64,000 nucleotides of DNA from Candidatus Ratteibacteria bacterium (GCA_046296715.1 JBKBIN010000006.1:1-64000); one strand, 5' to 3'. Shown: positions 10,734 through 21,674, numbered from the stretch's first letter. Program-made: numbers and translations. Notes: generated from the letters alone by a model not told the origin.

Positions 10734-10984
10734 CTTTCCTTTTTTTCTTCAATTTTGGTTTCTTCTTTCTTTTCTTCTTTTTCCTTTTCTTTCTCTCTTT
10801 TCTCTTCTAATTTATCCTTTATATCTGAAATTCCTGCTGCTATAGCAATTATTCCTCCGAGGATAAGCAAAACAACTATTCCTCCTCCTATAAACCATAA
10901 AGTTGCTCTCCCAAGTGGTCCTGGTACAGCAAGCAATATTCCTATAGCAATCGCAATTATCCCACCAATTATAGCAGTCATCAT
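10730..10984 (-). CDS. Small membrane protein (two Gly-rich helices, K/E-rich tail)
   Basis: SD AAGGAGG, consensus promoter upstream, two hydrophobic segments. Confidence 0.75.
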   Translation of the reverse strand: MMTAIIGGIIAIAIGILLAVPGPLGRATLWFIGGGIVVLLILGGIIAIAAGISDIKDKLEEKREKEKEKEEKKEETKIEEKKES

Positions 10985-11010
10985 GACCTCCTTTTTAAAA
11001 AATTTTTAAA

Positions 11011-11039
11011 ATTATACTTTATTGATTAAAATCTGTCAA
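11011..11039 (-). promoter_or_regulatory. Consensus sigma70 promoter for the 84-aa membrane protein
   Basis: TTGACA(11039-11034)-17bp-TATAAT(11016-11011). Confidence 0.8.
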
Positions 11040-11077
11040 GTTTTTGCAATTCTATCTACAAGGTGAAAAGCAGAAAT

Positions 11078-11992
11078 TCAGGTCATTCTTTTATTTTCGC
11101 AACTTCTAAATTTATTTTTCTTTTTTATCAAATAATTTCCTATTTCAAAAGCATATTTAATTTTAATATCTCTTATTTCTAATGGACATCTATTTTCTCC
11201 TGGAACTTCAAAATTCAAAATCCCATCAAAATTTATTTCATCTAATGCATCCATCACTTCCTTCCAGTTTATTTTTCCTGAAAATGGAAAAAGATGATCA
11301 TCATTTTCTCCAAAATTATCACTTATGTGTGTTGCATATATCTTTTCTTTTGCTGTTTTTATAAATTCTTTAATGTTGACTTTTGAGACATTAGCATGAC
11401 TTGTATCAAGACATATTCCAATGTATTTTGAACCAATTTTTTCTATAAGTTGGAGCAATTCTTCTGCCGTTTTGTATGGAAAATATTTTTTATTACCAAT
11501 TTTTAAACCACAATTTTCTATTGCAATCTTTATTTTTTCTTTTTCAGATTTTTCAGCAATTTTTTTGAAACTTTCCAAATTTAAATCTTCAATCATTTTA
11601 AACTCCTCCCAAGTATCATAACCTTTTATTCCTCCCGGATGAACAACAATACAATCTATACCAACAATTTTACACCATTTAATATACTCAATAATACAAT
11701 TTACTTCTCTTTCTCTTACATCTTTTCTAATATCTGCCAAATCAACCAATCTTTCAATAATTTGTTTTTCTTGGGATTCATAAAGAGATAATATTGGAGC
11801 ATGGACTTGAAATGTTTTTATTTTAATCTTTTCTTTTATATCAATTAATTTTTCAAATTCCTTCTTTATAAATATATCTCCAAAATGACTGTCTGATAAT
11901 TCCGAATAATTAAATCCAGCTTTTTTTATTCTTTCCAATGCATCTTCATAATTTAAATCATTATAAAAATTACTCCATATTGATAGGTCCAT
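11078..11992 (-). CDS. Sugar-phosphate isomerase/epimerase family protein
   Basis: VVHPG, IAIEN, CLDTSHA and THISDNFGENDDHLFPFSGKINW motifs. Confidence 0.88.
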   Translation of the reverse strand: MDLSIWSNFYNDLNYEDALERIKKAGFNYSELSDSHFGDIFIKKEFEKLIDIKEKIKIKTFQVHAPILSLYESQEKQIIERLVDLADIRKDVREREVNCIIEYIKWCKIVGIDCIVVHPGGIKGYDTWEEFKMIEDLNLESFKKIAEKSEKEKIKIAIENCGLKIGNKKYFPYKTAEELLQLIEKIGSKYIGICLDTSHANVSKVNIKEFIKTAKEKIYATHISDNFGENDDHLFPFSGKINWKEVMDALDEINFDGILNFEVPGENRCPLEIRDIKIKYAFEIGNYLIKKKNKFRSCENKRMT

Positions 11993-12012
11993 TTATCCTC
12001 CTTTTTATTCTT

Positions 12013-13317
12013 TTAATTTTTTGCTAATTGTTTTATATAATTAATTGTCATCCATTTATTATCAAAATTCCATAATGGATAAATTGAATTGTTTTGAAAA
12101 AGTGGATTTGAAATTGGTAAATCAGGATAAATTTTTTTAGCAATTGCAAAATCTACTGTTCCTGGAATTGGTGAATATTCTGCTATTTTTATTTTTACAG
12201 GATAATTCTTCAAAACCTGTATTGTCTCTATTACTTCCTGAGGTTTTTGTTCTGGTAGTCCAGCAAGAATGTAAACACCAATTTCTTCTTTTGTAAATCC
12301 AGCATCTATTAAATATTTAACAGAATTTTCAAATTCTGAAAAATCTACTTTATACCCTGATTCTTGTTCCCTACTTTTATCAATTGTTTCAAGTGAAAGA
12401 CAAATTGTTTTAAAATTTAATTCTTTTAAAATATAAGCAACCTCTCTTTTTATAAATTTTGGATGAATACCATTAGGAGTATGAAATCTTAAATTTTTAT
12501 TATATTTTTTTAACTTTTCCAATATTTTATAAAGATGCTCCCTGAAATTAAAAAGTAAAGCATCATCATAAAAAGCAATATCTTTTATTTTAAACTTTTC
12601 TACATTTTTAATTATTTCTTCTGAAACTTCTTCAAAATCCCTTCTCTTATACTCGGGTTCAATCTGTTTAATTCCACAATACCAACAAAAAAAAGGACAA
12701 CCATAAGAAGTTTTGACAACTAAATAGTCAAGTTTTTCATAAACATCCCAACATGGTTCTATTTTTTCAGGGATTTTTATATTTATACCAAATCTTGAAG
12801 AAAATTCATAAGAAAATTTAAAAATATCTTTTCCTTTAAATACATAATCAACACTTAAATTTTTAGCATCATCGTAACAAAAGCTTGCGTATATCCCCCC
12901 GATAATAATGGGAACTTGCGGATAGAACTTTTTTATTATCCCTATGACTTCTTTAACACCCAAAATCCAATAAGTCATTCCTGTTGTAATAAAAATAAAA
13001 TCTAAACTCCCTATTTCCTTTAAAAATTCAATAAAAATTTCTATAGGAAGACCAAATCTCTTATATTTTCTTGGTATATTTCTGTATATTTCAGGTTTCT
13101 CTACCTCTTTATAAAAATACTTACCGCAGCCAAATTTCTCTTTTTTACTTCTATAATTATCATAAAATTTGTGATTTCTGTCCATAAAATCAAAATAAAA
13201 AATTTCAAATTTATTTTTTTTAAACAAATCTATAATTTTTAAAAAACCAAGTGGTTTTAACCATAAATCATATGCTGAAAAATCATAAATAGGTGGATTT
13301 ACAAAGAGAGCTTTCAT
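12013..13317 (-). CDS. Radical SAM protein with B12-binding-like N-terminal domain
   Basis: GCPFFCWYC (CxxxCxxC) motif; IIIGGIYAS; FYDDALL; FHTPNG. Confidence 0.85.
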   Translation of the reverse strand: MKALFVNPPIYDFSAYDLWLKPLGFLKIIDLFKKNKFEIFYFDFMDRNHKFYDNYRSKKEKFGCGKYFYKEVEKPEIYRNIPRKYKRFGLPIEIFIEFLKEIGSLDFIFITTGMTYWILGVKEVIGIIKKFYPQVPIIIGGIYASFCYDDAKNLSVDYVFKGKDIFKFSYEFSSRFGINIKIPEKIEPCWDVYEKLDYLVVKTSYGCPFFCWYCGIKQIEPEYKRRDFEEVSEEIIKNVEKFKIKDIAFYDDALLFNFREHLYKILEKLKKYNKNLRFHTPNGIHPKFIKREVAYILKELNFKTICLSLETIDKSREQESGYKVDFSEFENSVKYLIDAGFTKEEIGVYILAGLPEQKPQEVIETIQVLKNYPVKIKIAEYSPIPGTVDFAIAKKIYPDLPISNPLFQNNSIYPLWNFDNKWMTINYIKQLAKN

Positions 13318-14330
13318 AATATTTCAACTTTCTTTTCACCTCTTTTTACTTCTCCTATAATGTACGCTTGAAATTTATGTTTTTTTATTATTTCTAAATT
13401 TTTTTCCGCTTTTTCCTTATTTACTATAAGAATTAATCCAATCCCCATATTAAAAACATTAAACATTTCTTTTTCTGATATTTTTCCCTTTTTTTGAACT
13501 ATATCAAATATTACAGGAATTTCCCATAATCTTTTTTCTATCACACACATTTTATTCTCTGGAATTACTCTAATTAAATTTCCTGGTATTCCTCCACCTG
13601 TTATATGAGCACAAGCATTCACCAATCTATTTGAAAAAAGGTCAGAGAGTAAAGGAGAATAAATATAAGTCGGTTTTAAAAGTTCTTCTCCCAAAGTTTG
13701 TTTAAGTTCACTATAATATTTTGTGTAATCTTTTTTCTTAAAAATTTTTCTAACAAGTGAAAAACCATTACTATGTAATCCATTTGAAGCAACTCCTATC
13801 AAAATATTTCCTTCTTTAACCTTATCTTCATCTACTATATTCTCCTTTTCAACAATTCCAACGCAAAAACCAGCAAGATCAAATCCATCTTTTCCATACA
13901 CATCTCTCATCTGAGCAATCTCCCCTCCAATTAAACTGCAACAGGCATATTTACATCCTTCAATAATACCTTCAATTATCTCTTGTTCTCTTTTCCCCTT
14001 AATCTCTCCTACTGCTATATAATCAAGAAAAAATAAAACATCTGCACCACAAACAGAAACATCATTACAATTCATTGCAACAAGATCAATTCCAAGATTT
14101 TTAAAAATACCCATTTTTTGTCCAATTAAAATTTTGGTTCCAACTCCATCTGTTGAGGAAACAAAAACAGGATTTTTATATCTTTGAGGGATTTTAAAAA
14201 AACCACCAAATAATCCAATATCTCCAATTACATCTTTTGTAAATGTCTCTTTTGCTTTAATTTTTATAAATTCAACAAGTTTTTCTGCTTTGTTTTCGTC
14301 TACACCTGCTTTTTTATAATTCATTGACAT
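13314..14330 (-). CDS. purM: Phosphoribosylformylglycinamidine cyclo-ligase (AIR synthase)
   Basis: [32 protein letters not shown] and FNMGIG motifs; start 14330 behind SD AGGAG. Confidence 0.96.
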   Translation of the reverse strand: MSMNYKKAGVDENKAEKLVEFIKIKAKETFTKDVIGDIGLFGGFFKIPQRYKNPVFVSSTDGVGTKILIGQKMGIFKNLGIDLVAMNCNDVSVCGADVLFFLDYIAVGEIKGKREQEIIEGIIEGCKYACCSLIGGEIAQMRDVYGKDGFDLAGFCVGIVEKENIVDEDKVKEGNILIGVASNGLHSNGFSLVRKIFKKKDYTKYYSELKQTLGEELLKPTYIYSPLLSDLFSNRLVNACAHITGGGIPGNLIRVIPENKMCVIEKRLWEIPVIFDIVQKKGKISEKEMFNVFNMGIGLILIVNKEKAEKNLEIIKKHKFQAYIIGEVKRGEKKVEIL

Positions 14331-14347
14331 TTTTCTTCTCCTTTTTG

Positions 14348-14376
14348 TTGACAACCGTTTCTTTTATTATTATAAT
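14348..14376 (+). promoter_or_regulatory. Consensus sigma70 promoter for V-ATPase B-D
   Basis: TTGACA(14348-14353)-17bp-TATAAT(14371-14376). Confidence 0.8.
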
Positions 14377-14386
14377 CTATTTCATT

Positions 14387-15793
14387 ATGAAAAACATAAT
14401 AAATTCTTTAAAAAAATATGAAAGTGTGGAAAATATTGTAGGTCCTTTAATTCTAATAGAAGGAGTTGAAGGTGTTAAATATGGTGAACTCGTTGAAATT
14501 ATTCAGAATGATGAAAGACGACTTGGAAAAGTTCTTGAAGTAGAAAATGATAAAGCACTTGTTCAGGTTTTTGAAGGTACTTCTGGATTAAGTTTGAGTG
14601 AAGTAAAAGTAAGGTTTACAGGTAAACCTATTGAATTTGGAGTTTCTCCCTCTATTTTAGGCAGAATATTTAATGGATTAGGGAAAATAAGAGACGGAGG
14701 TCCAGAAATAATTCCAGAAGAATATCTTAATATTAATGGCTCCCCTATCAATCCAACAAGAAGAGATTATCCTTCAGAATTTATTCAAACAGGAATTTCT
14801 GCAATTGATGGATTAAATAGTTTAGTCAGAGGACAGAAACTCCCAATCTTTTCTGGCTCAGGACTACCTCACAATTTACTTGCAACTCAAATAGTAAAAC
14901 AGGCAAAAATTTTAGGTGAAAAAGAAGAAAAATTTGCTATTGTTTTTGCTGCAATGGGAATTACTTTTGAAGAAGCACAATTCTTTCAAGAACAATTCAT
15001 TTCTACAGGTGCGATTGAAAGATGTGTAATATTTATAAATCTTGCTGATGAACCTGCAATTGAAAGGATATCAACACCAAGAATTGCATTGACTTCTGCT
15101 GAATATCTTGCTTATAAACTTGGTATGCATGTTCTTGTAATTTTGACAGATATGACAAATTATGCGGAATCTCTAAGAGAAATATCAGCAGCAAGAAATG
15201 AAATACCTGGAAGAAGAGGATATCCTTCTTACTTATATACTGACCTTGCAACAATATATGAAAGAGCAGGAAGAATTAAAGGAAAACCAGGTTCAATAAC
15301 ACAAATACCAATTTTAACAATGCCACAGGATGATAAAACACATCCAATACCAGATTTAACTGGCTATATAACAGAGGGACAAATTGTTTTATCAAGAGCA
15401 TTACATTTAAAAGGGATTTATCCACCCATTGATATATTAACTTCACTTTCAAGATTAAGAGATAAAGGTATTGGAGTTGAAAAAGAAACTGGTGAAAAAC
15501 ATACAAGAGAAGATCATCCCTATCTCGCAAGTCAACTTTTTGCATCTTATGCAAGAGGGAAAGAAGCAGAAGAACTTGCTATGGTATTAGGAGAAGCGGC
15601 TTTAACAGAATCAGATATTGCACATTTAAATTTTGCAAGAAAGTTTGAACAAGAATTTATCAATCAGGGTTTAGATGAAAATAGAACTATTGAACAAACA
15701 TTAAATCTTGGATGGAAATTGATTAAAATTTTACCAAAATCAGATATAAAGAGAATCCCTCCAAAAATAATGGAAGAATTCTGGGAGGATTAA
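14387..15793 (+). CDS. ntpB: V/A-type ATP synthase subunit B
   Basis: [40 protein letters not shown] and [15 protein letters not shown] motifs; start at ATG 14387. Confidence 0.96.
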   Translation: MKNIINSLKKYESVENIVGPLILIEGVEGVKYGELVEIIQNDERRLGKVLEVENDKALVQVFEGTSGLSLSEVKVRFTGKPIEFGVSPSILGRIFNGLGKIRDGGPEIIPEEYLNINGSPINPTRRDYPSEFIQTGISAIDGLNSLVRGQKLPIFSGSGLPHNLLATQIVKQAKILGEKEEKFAIVFAAMGITFEEAQFFQEQFISTGAIERCVIFINLADEPAIERISTPRIALTSAEYLAYKLGMHVLVILTDMTNYAESLREISAARNEIPGRRGYPSYLYTDLATIYERAGRIKGKPGSITQIPILTMPQDDKTHPIPDLTGYITEGQIVLSRALHLKGIYPPIDILTSLSRLRDKGIGVEKETGEKHTREDHPYLASQLFASYARGKEAEELAMVLGEAALTESDIAHLNFARKFEQEFINQGLDENRTIEQTLNLGWKLIKILPKSDIKRIPPKIMEEFWED

Positions 15794-15794
15794 A

Positions 15795-16400
15795 GTGAAG
15801 ACAAAAGTAAGTCCAACAAGGATGGAATTATTAAAGTTAAAAAAGAGAATTAATATTGCAAAAAGAGGCCATAAACTTCTAAAAGATAAAGAAGAACAAC
15901 TTCTAATTGAATTTAGAAAACTTATTAAACTTGTTAAAAAAGAAAGAGATCTGATTGAAAATGAGTTTATAGATTTTTGCAAAAAGGTCTTGATAGTAAG
16001 AGGAATTTTTGATGAAAAAAAATGGAAGTCATTTTTGAAAATACCGTTTATTGAATTTGATTATAAGTTAAATAAAAGAAGGATTTTTAATATACCTATG
16101 AATGAAATAGAAACGAATATTTCAGGGCAATTTGTTTTTAATTATTTTTTATCACCTTACCAAAATCTTTTGATTAAAGAAGGTATGGGAATTTTAAGGA
16201 AATTATTTAGTTTATATGAAATTGAGAATAAATTAATCAGTTTTGCTGAAGAGATAGAAAGAACAAGAAGAAGAGTAAATGCATTAGAATATGTCTTAAT
16301 CCCTGATATCGAACAAGCAATAAAATATATACAATTAAAACTTGATGAATACGAAAGATCTGTTTTAACAACGTTAAAACATTTAAAACTTATTCAATAA
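15795..16400 (+). CDS. ntpD: V/A-type ATP synthase subunit D
   Basis: SPTRMEL, RGHKLLKDK and EIERTRRRVNALEY motifs. Confidence 0.94.
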   Translation: MKTKVSPTRMELLKLKKRINIAKRGHKLLKDKEEQLLIEFRKLIKLVKKERDLIENEFIDFCKKVLIVRGIFDEKKWKSFLKIPFIEFDYKLNKRRIFNIPMNEIETNISGQFVFNYFLSPYQNLLIKEGMGILRKLFSLYEIENKLISFAEEIERTRRRVNALEYVLIPDIEQAIKYIQLKLDEYERSVLTTLKHLKLIQ

Positions 16401-16420
16401 ATTAAAGTTTAAAAAATTTA

Positions 16421-18301
16421 TCACTCTTTATTTTTTTCGTCTTCTACTTTATATTCTGCATCCACTACCTTTTCATCTTTTGGTTTTTCTTCTGTAGTTG
16501 CCTGCCCTTGACTTTGTGAAGTTGTCTGAGATTGCTGTGCCTTTTGATATAAAATTTGAGCAAGTTTATGAGAGGAAGTTTCAAGTTCTTCAATTCCTTT
16601 TCTAATCTGTTCTGCTGTTTTTGTCTCCGATTCAATTATTTTTTTAAGATTAGAAATTTTCTCTTCAATTTCTCTTCTTTCTTGTTCAGTTAATTTATCT
16701 CCGTGTTCTTTCAGTGTTTTATTAACAGTATAAATCAATGAATCCGCTTGATTTGAAAGTTCTGCTAATTCTTTTAATTTTTTATCCTGTTCTGCATATC
16801 TCTCGGCTTCTTTAATCATCCTATCAATTTCTTCCTGTGATAATTTCTTTGAACCTGTTATTCTTATTGATTGTTCTTTTCCTGTTCCAAGATCTTTTGC
16901 AGAAACATGTAAAATTCCGTTAGCGTCAATATCAAAAGTAACTTCAATTTGTGGGACACCTCTTGGAGCAGGTGGAATACCATCCAGGTGAAATCTACCA
17001 AGAGAAAGATTATCTTTTGCCATTGGTCTTTCTCCTTGTAAAACATTTATCTCAACAGATGTCTGGTTATCAGCAGCAGTTGTGAATATTTGACTTCTTT
17101 TTACAGGGATAGTAGTATTCCTTTCAATTATTTTTGTGAAAATCCCTCCAAGTGTTTCAACCCCAAGAGACAGTGGAGTAACATCAAGTAGTAAAATATC
17201 TTTATCCTTCATTTCACCCGCAAGAATTGCTCCTTGAATTGCTGCACCAATTGAAACACATTCCATAGGATCAACACCTCTTTCTGGTTGAATTCCAATA
17301 TATTCCTGAATAAATTTTTGAACAATGGGCATCCTTGTTGGTCCACCGACAAGTATAACTTTATTTATCTCAGACCTTTTAAGTTTAGCATCTTCAATTG
17401 CTCTATCCACTGGACCTTTACATCTATCAATAATTGGAGACACTAATTCTTCAAGTTTTGCTCTATTTATTTTCATTATTAAGTGTTTTGGTCCTGTTTG
17501 ATCTGCAGTTATAAAAGGTAAGTTTATTTCTGTCTCAACAACAGAAGATAATTCTATTTTTGCTTTTTCTGCGGCTTCTTTTAAACGCATCATCGCCATC
17601 TTATCATTTCTTAAATCAATTCCAGTTTCTCTTTTAAACTGTTCAACTATATATTCAATCAATGCATTATCCATATCTGTTCCACCAAGTTGAGTATCTC
17701 CACTTGTAGATAAAACTTTAAACACTCCTCCCATCATTTCCATTATTGTTACATCAAGTGTTCCTGCACCAAAATCAAAAACAAGGATTTTCAATTCTTC
17801 TTTTAATTTATCAAGTCCATAAGCAAGCGATGCAGCAGTTGGTTCGTTAATTAAACGAACCACTTCAAGACCTGCAATCGTGCCAGCATCCTTAGTTGCT
17901 TGTCTCTGATTATCATTGAAATATGCAGGAACAGTAATAACTGCTTTTTTAATTGGATAACCAAGAAATTGCTCAGCGTCTCTCTTTATTTTCTGTAATA
18001 TAAAAGCAGAAATTTGCTCTGGAGTATATGTCTTTCCATAAATGTGGTATTTAAAATCTGTTCCCATTTTCCTTTTTGCTGCAAAAACAGTTCCTTCAGG
18101 ATTAACTGCTGCCTGTCTTCTTGCAGGTTCTCCAACAAGGACTTGACCATCCTTTGTAAATGCTACATAAGATGGGAATGCTTTACCACCAACAATTGTT
18201 GTTCCTTCAGCACTTGGTATAATAACAGGTTTATCTCCCTCCATAATTGCTGCAGAAGAATTACTTGTACCAAGGTCTATTCCTATAATTTTTTCAGCCA
18301 T
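16421..18301 (-). CDS. dnaK: Molecular chaperone DnaK (Hsp70)
   Basis: [50 protein letters not shown] and VVDAEY motifs. Confidence 0.98.
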   Translation of the reverse strand: MAEKIIGIDLGTSNSSAAIMEGDKPVIIPSAEGTTIVGGKAFPSYVAFTKDGQVLVGEPARRQAAVNPEGTVFAAKRKMGTDFKYHIYGKTYTPEQISAFILQKIKRDAEQFLGYPIKKAVITVPAYFNDNQRQATKDAGTIAGLEVVRLINEPTAASLAYGLDKLKEELKILVFDFGAGTLDVTIMEMMGGVFKVLSTSGDTQLGGTDMDNALIEYIVEQFKRETGIDLRNDKMAMMRLKEAAEKAKIELSSVVETEINLPFITADQTGPKHLIMKINRAKLEELVSPIIDRCKGPVDRAIEDAKLKRSEINKVILVGGPTRMPIVQKFIQEYIGIQPERGVDPMECVSIGAAIQGAILAGEMKDKDILLLDVTPLSLGVETLGGIFTKIIERNTTIPVKRSQIFTTAADNQTSVEINVLQGERPMAKDNLSLGRFHLDGIPPAPRGVPQIEVTFDIDANGILHVSAKDLGTGKEQSIRITGSKKLSQEEIDRMIKEAERYAEQDKKLKELAELSNQADSLIYTVNKTLKEHGDKLTEQERREIEEKISNLKKIIESETKTAEQIRKGIEELETSSHKLAQILYQKAQQSQTTSQSQGQATTEEKPKDEKVVDAEYKVEDEKNKE

Positions 18302-18360
18302 TTTTCCCTCCTTTTTTAAAAATTAGATGAAATAGTGGTAAATAAGTTTCAATTAAAAAG

Positions 18361-18433
18361 TGGGCGGTGCAGGACTTGAACCTGCGACCCCTACCTTGTA
18401 AGGGTAGTGCTCTAACCACTGAGCTAACCGCCC
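18361..18433 (-). tRNA. tRNA-Val (anticodon TAC), CCA not encoded
   Basis: Reverse complement GGGCGGT TAGCTCAGTGGTTAGAGC A CTACC CT TAC AA GGTAG GGGTC GCAGG TTCAAGT CCTGC ACCGCCC A forms a cloverleaf. Confidence 0.97.
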
Positions 18434-18442
18434 TAATTTTAA

Positions 18443-18471
18443 ATTTTACAATTTTTATTGTCTGATGTAAA
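18443..18471 (-). promoter_or_regulatory. Putative sigma70 promoter for tRNA-Val (possibly also dnaK)
   Basis: TTTACA(18471-18466)-17bp-TAAAAT(18448-18443). Confidence 0.55.
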
Positions 18472-18560
18472 ATACATTTAATTAATTTTTGTTAAAATTT
18501 TCTTGACAAAATAAAAAGTTATGATTAAATAAAACAATATCAAATAAAAAAGGAGGAAAA

Positions 18561-19199
18561 ATGGCAAATGATTTATTAAATGGGATTAAGGAAAGTGTGA
18601 TTAAAGGTGATATGAAAAAAACAGAAGAGTTAGTAGATAGAGCAATAAAAGAAAATGTGCCTGTAGAAAAAATATTGAATGAAGGATTGATTGCAGGAAT
18701 GAGTGTTGTTGGAGAGAAGTTTAAAAATAATGAGTTTTATGTACCTGAAGTTTTAATAGCAGCAAGAGCAATGAATAAAGGTATGAGTTTACTTGAACCA
18801 TTGATTGTCCAATCAGGAATTAAACCAATTGCTAAACTTGCTATAGGAACGGTTAAAGGCGACTTACATGATATAGGAAAAAATCTTGTAGTTATGATGT
18901 GGAAAGGAGCTGGTTTTGAAGTTGTTGATCTTGGAATAGATGTTCCACCAGAAAAATTTGTCCAAGCAGCAAAGGAAGGAGCACAAGTTATTGGAATGAG
19001 TGCTCTTTTAACAACAACGATGATCCAGATGAAGGAAACAATTGAAGTTTTGAAAAAAGAAGGAGTAAGAGATAATGTGAAAATAATTATTGGAGGAGCT
19101 CCTGTTACTCAAGAATTCGCTGATGAAATTGGTGCCGATGGTTATGCTCCAGATGCTGCCAGTGCAGTAGATAAAGTTAAAGAACTTCTCAATTTATAA
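18561..19199 (+). CDS. Cobalamin-binding corrinoid protein (methyltransferase cognate, MtaC/MetH-cap-like)
   Basis: GDLHDIGKN (DxHxxG), DLGIDVP, MSALLTTT and IIGGAP motifs; N-terminal cap helices. Confidence 0.93.
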   Translation: MANDLLNGIKESVIKGDMKKTEELVDRAIKENVPVEKILNEGLIAGMSVVGEKFKNNEFYVPEVLIAARAMNKGMSLLEPLIVQSGIKPIAKLAIGTVKGDLHDIGKNLVVMMWKGAGFEVVDLGIDVPPEKFVQAAKEGAQVIGMSALLTTTMIQMKETIEVLKKEGVRDNVKIIIGGAPVTQEFADEIGADGYAPDAASAVDKVKELLNL

Positions 19200-19202
19200 A
19201 AT

Positions 19203-19802
19203 GTGAATAAATTATACTATTTGATTTTAAGTTATTTTTCAGGCTCTATTCCTTTTGGTTACTTAGTTTGTAAGTTTTTTAAAAGAATAGATATTCGTAA
19301 ATTTGGAAGTGGTAATATAGGTGCGACTAATGTTTACAGAGTATGTGGATGGAAACTTGGAATTTTAGTTTTAATTTTTGATATTTTGAAAGGCTTTTTT
19401 CCAGTTTATATAGGTAAAATCATAAAATTCCCAAATCTTATAATTCTTTCGGGTGGTATTTTATCAATTTTAGGACATTCTTTTTCTATTTTTCTAAAAG
19501 GTAAAGGAGGAAAAGGAGTTTCAACAAGTTTTGGAGTTATAATCGGTTTTTTACCTTTTCCTGCATTATTATCTTTTATAGTGTGGATTATTATTGTATT
19601 TTCTACAAGATATGTTTCTCTTGGTTCAATTACTGGAGCTTTTTTTCTCCCATTTTTTACAATTTTTTTAACAAAAGACAAATTTCTCTTTTATTTAAGT
19701 ATTTTTATTTTCATTCTTATACTTTATACACACCGCGAAAACATTAAACGCCTTGTAAATAAAAGTGAAAACAAGATTGATTTACAATGGGAAAAAAAAT
19801 AG
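19203..19802 (+). CDS. plsY: Glycerol-3-phosphate acyltransferase PlsY
   Basis: GSIPFG, GSGNIGATNVYR, DILKG, GGKGVST and HRENIKRL motifs. Confidence 0.95.
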   Translation: MNKLYYLILSYFSGSIPFGYLVCKFFKRIDIRKFGSGNIGATNVYRVCGWKLGILVLIFDILKGFFPVYIGKIIKFPNLIILSGGILSILGHSFSIFLKGKGGKGVSTSFGVIIGFLPFPALLSFIVWIIIVFSTRYVSLGSITGAFFLPFFTIFLTKDKFLFYLSIFIFILILYTHRENIKRLVNKSENKIDLQWEKK

Positions 19803-20773
19803 GAATAATTGGTAGTGGTGGTTGGGGTATTGCTCTTTCTATAATTTTTAATAAATTGAGATATGAAGTTTACTTATGGGAACCTCTAAAAGAAAATTAT
19901 GAAATATTGATCAAAAAAAGAGAAAATGAAATTTATTTCAAGGGTGTAAAGATTCCCAAAAAAATTATTATATCTAATTCTTTAAAGGAAGTTGTTAATA
20001 ATTCTGAAATCCTTGTAATTGTTGTGAGATCTTCTTTTTTTAGAAATACGATTGAAAATCTAAAGGAAATTTATAAAGACCAATATGTTATAATAGGAAC
20101 AAAAGGACTTGAATTCCAAACATGCAAAAGAATGTCTGAAATATTCTCTGAATATATTAAAACAGATAAATTTGCTATTTTATCAGGACCAACAATTGCA
20201 AAAGAAATAGTAAAAGGATATCCTACTGCTGCAGTAATTGCTTCTAAAAATTTAAGTGTTGCTGAATACTTGCAAAAAGTCATAAGTTGTGAAAATTTTA
20301 GAATTTATTCAAGTATCGATGTAATAGGAGTAGAGATCGGTGGTTCTTTCAAAAATATAGTAGCAATTGGTGCTGGTATAATTGATGGACTCAAACTTGG
20401 GATAAATACAAAATCTTCTTTTCTTACAAGAGGATTAAATGAAATGATTAAAATTGGAACTTTTCTTGGAGGAAAAGAAAAAACATTTCGTGGACTTTCA
20501 GGTATTGGAGATTTAATAACGACTTCTTTTTCAAAGTATAGCAGAAACAGGTCTTTTGGAGAAGGTATTGTAAAAGTTGGAAAGGAAAAATATCTTAAAG
20601 AAGCAAAAACGGTAATTGAAGGAATTCCAACAGCAGAAGCTTTTTATCGTTTAAGTAGGAAATTAAAAATTGAACTTCCAATTACAGAAGCAATTTATAG
20701 AATTATTTATGAAAATAGCGATGTTAAAGAAGAAATAAAAAAACTAATGCTTAGAGAGCTTAAAAAAGAATGA
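19787..20773 (+). CDS. gpsA: NAD(P)H-dependent glycerol-3-phosphate dehydrogenase
   Basis: GSGGWG, TKGLE, LSGPTIA, KNIVAIGAG, GLSGIGDL and SRNR motifs. Confidence 0.95.
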   Translation: MGKKIGIIGSGGWGIALSIIFNKLRYEVYLWEPLKENYEILIKKRENEIYFKGVKIPKKIIISNSLKEVVNNSEILVIVVRSSFFRNTIENLKEIYKDQYVIIGTKGLEFQTCKRMSEIFSEYIKTDKFAILSGPTIAKEIVKGYPTAAVIASKNLSVAEYLQKVISCENFRIYSSIDVIGVEIGGSFKNIVAIGAGIIDGLKLGINTKSSFLTRGLNEMIKIGTFLGGKEKTFRGLSGIGDLITTSFSKYSRNRSFGEGIVKVGKEKYLKEAKTVIEGIPTAEAFYRLSRKLKIELPITEAIYRIIYENSDVKEEIKKLMLRELKKE

Positions 20774-21078
20774 AAAGTAAATTTTATTATATTAAACAAG
20801 TCTCAAAATTGTTGGATATTCCACCACATATTTTAAGATATTGGGAAAAACAACTAAATCTTAAAATAATGAGGGATAGAAAAGGTAATAGGATTTATAC
20901 AGATAAAGATATTGAAATATTAAAGAGTGTGCGAATGCTAATTTATAAAGATGGATTAAAAATTAAAGGAGTAAAGAAAAAACTAAAAGAAAAAAAATTG
21001 GAAAATAAAAAAGAATGTGTTAAATTATTAAAAAAAATTTCAAAAAAATTGGAGGAAATAAAAAAATGTTTACAATAG
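20770..21078 (+). CDS. MerR family transcriptional regulator
   Basis: YYIKQVSKLLDIPPHILRYWEK...GNRIYT winged helix-turn-helix. Confidence 0.88.
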   Translation: MKSKFYYIKQVSKLLDIPPHILRYWEKQLNLKIMRDRKGNRIYTDKDIEILKSVRMLIYKDGLKIKGVKKKLKEKKLENKKECVKLLKKISKKLEEIKKCLQ

Positions 21079-21674
21079 GTGTTCTTGCTTCTGGAAAAGG
21101 AACGAACCTTCAAGCAATAATAGATTATATAAAAGAAGAAAATTTACCAATAAAAATTGGAATTGTTATAAGTGATAATCCTGAAGCATATGCTTTAGAA
21201 AGAGCTAAGAAAGAAGGAATTAAAAGTATCTGTATACCATGTGAAAAATACAAAACGATACTTGATAAAGAAACAGAAAATAAATATATTAAAGTTTTAA
21301 AAGAAAACAAGGTAAATCTTGTTTGTCTTGCAGGTTTTATGCGTATCTTGAAAAAAAAATTTATAAAAAATTTCCCAAATAAGATTATAAATATTCACCC
21401 ATCACTACTCCCTTCCTTTCCTGGGCTTGAAAGTTGGAAACAAGCACTTGAGTATGGAGTCAGATTTACTGGCTGTACTGTTCATTTTGTTGATGAAGGA
21501 ATTGATTCTGGACCTATTATTTTACAAGCAGTTGTTCCTATCTTACCTGATGATACTCCTGAAACACTTCATAAAAGAATTCAAGAAAAAGAACATATAA
21601 TATATCCTTTGGCAATAAGATTAATTGCTGAAGGAAGAGTAAGTATTATAGGCAGGAAGGTATATATAAGATGA
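21066..21674 (+). CDS. purN: Phosphoribosylglycinamide formyltransferase
   Basis: SGKGTNLQA, LAGFMRIL, NIHPSLLP and GCTVHFVDEGIDSGPII motifs. Confidence 0.96.
   Translation: MFTIGVLASGKGTNLQAIIDYIKEENLPIKIGIVISDNPEAYALERAKKEGIKSICIPCEKYKTILDKETENKYIKVLKENKVNLVCLAGFMRILKKKFIKNFPNKIINIHPSLLPSFPGLESWKQALEYGVRFTGCTVHFVDEGIDSGPIILQAVVPILPDDTPETLHKRIQEKEHIIYPLAIRLIAEGRVSIIGRKVYIR

Noticed and set aside
11055..11077. Minus-strand AATTTCTGC-TTTTCACCTT-GTAGAT resembles a Cas12a repeat handle (AATTTCTAC..GTAGAT)
   Set aside because: Single copy, oversized loop, no spacers or cas genes; probably chance or a small hairpin
18434..18560. Cobalamin riboswitch upstream of the corrinoid protein gene; imperfect palindrome TTTTGTTAA-N7-TTGACAAAA
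   Set aside because: Region is too short and AT-rich for the riboswitch; the palindrome spacing does not fit Rex and may just reflect -35 boxes
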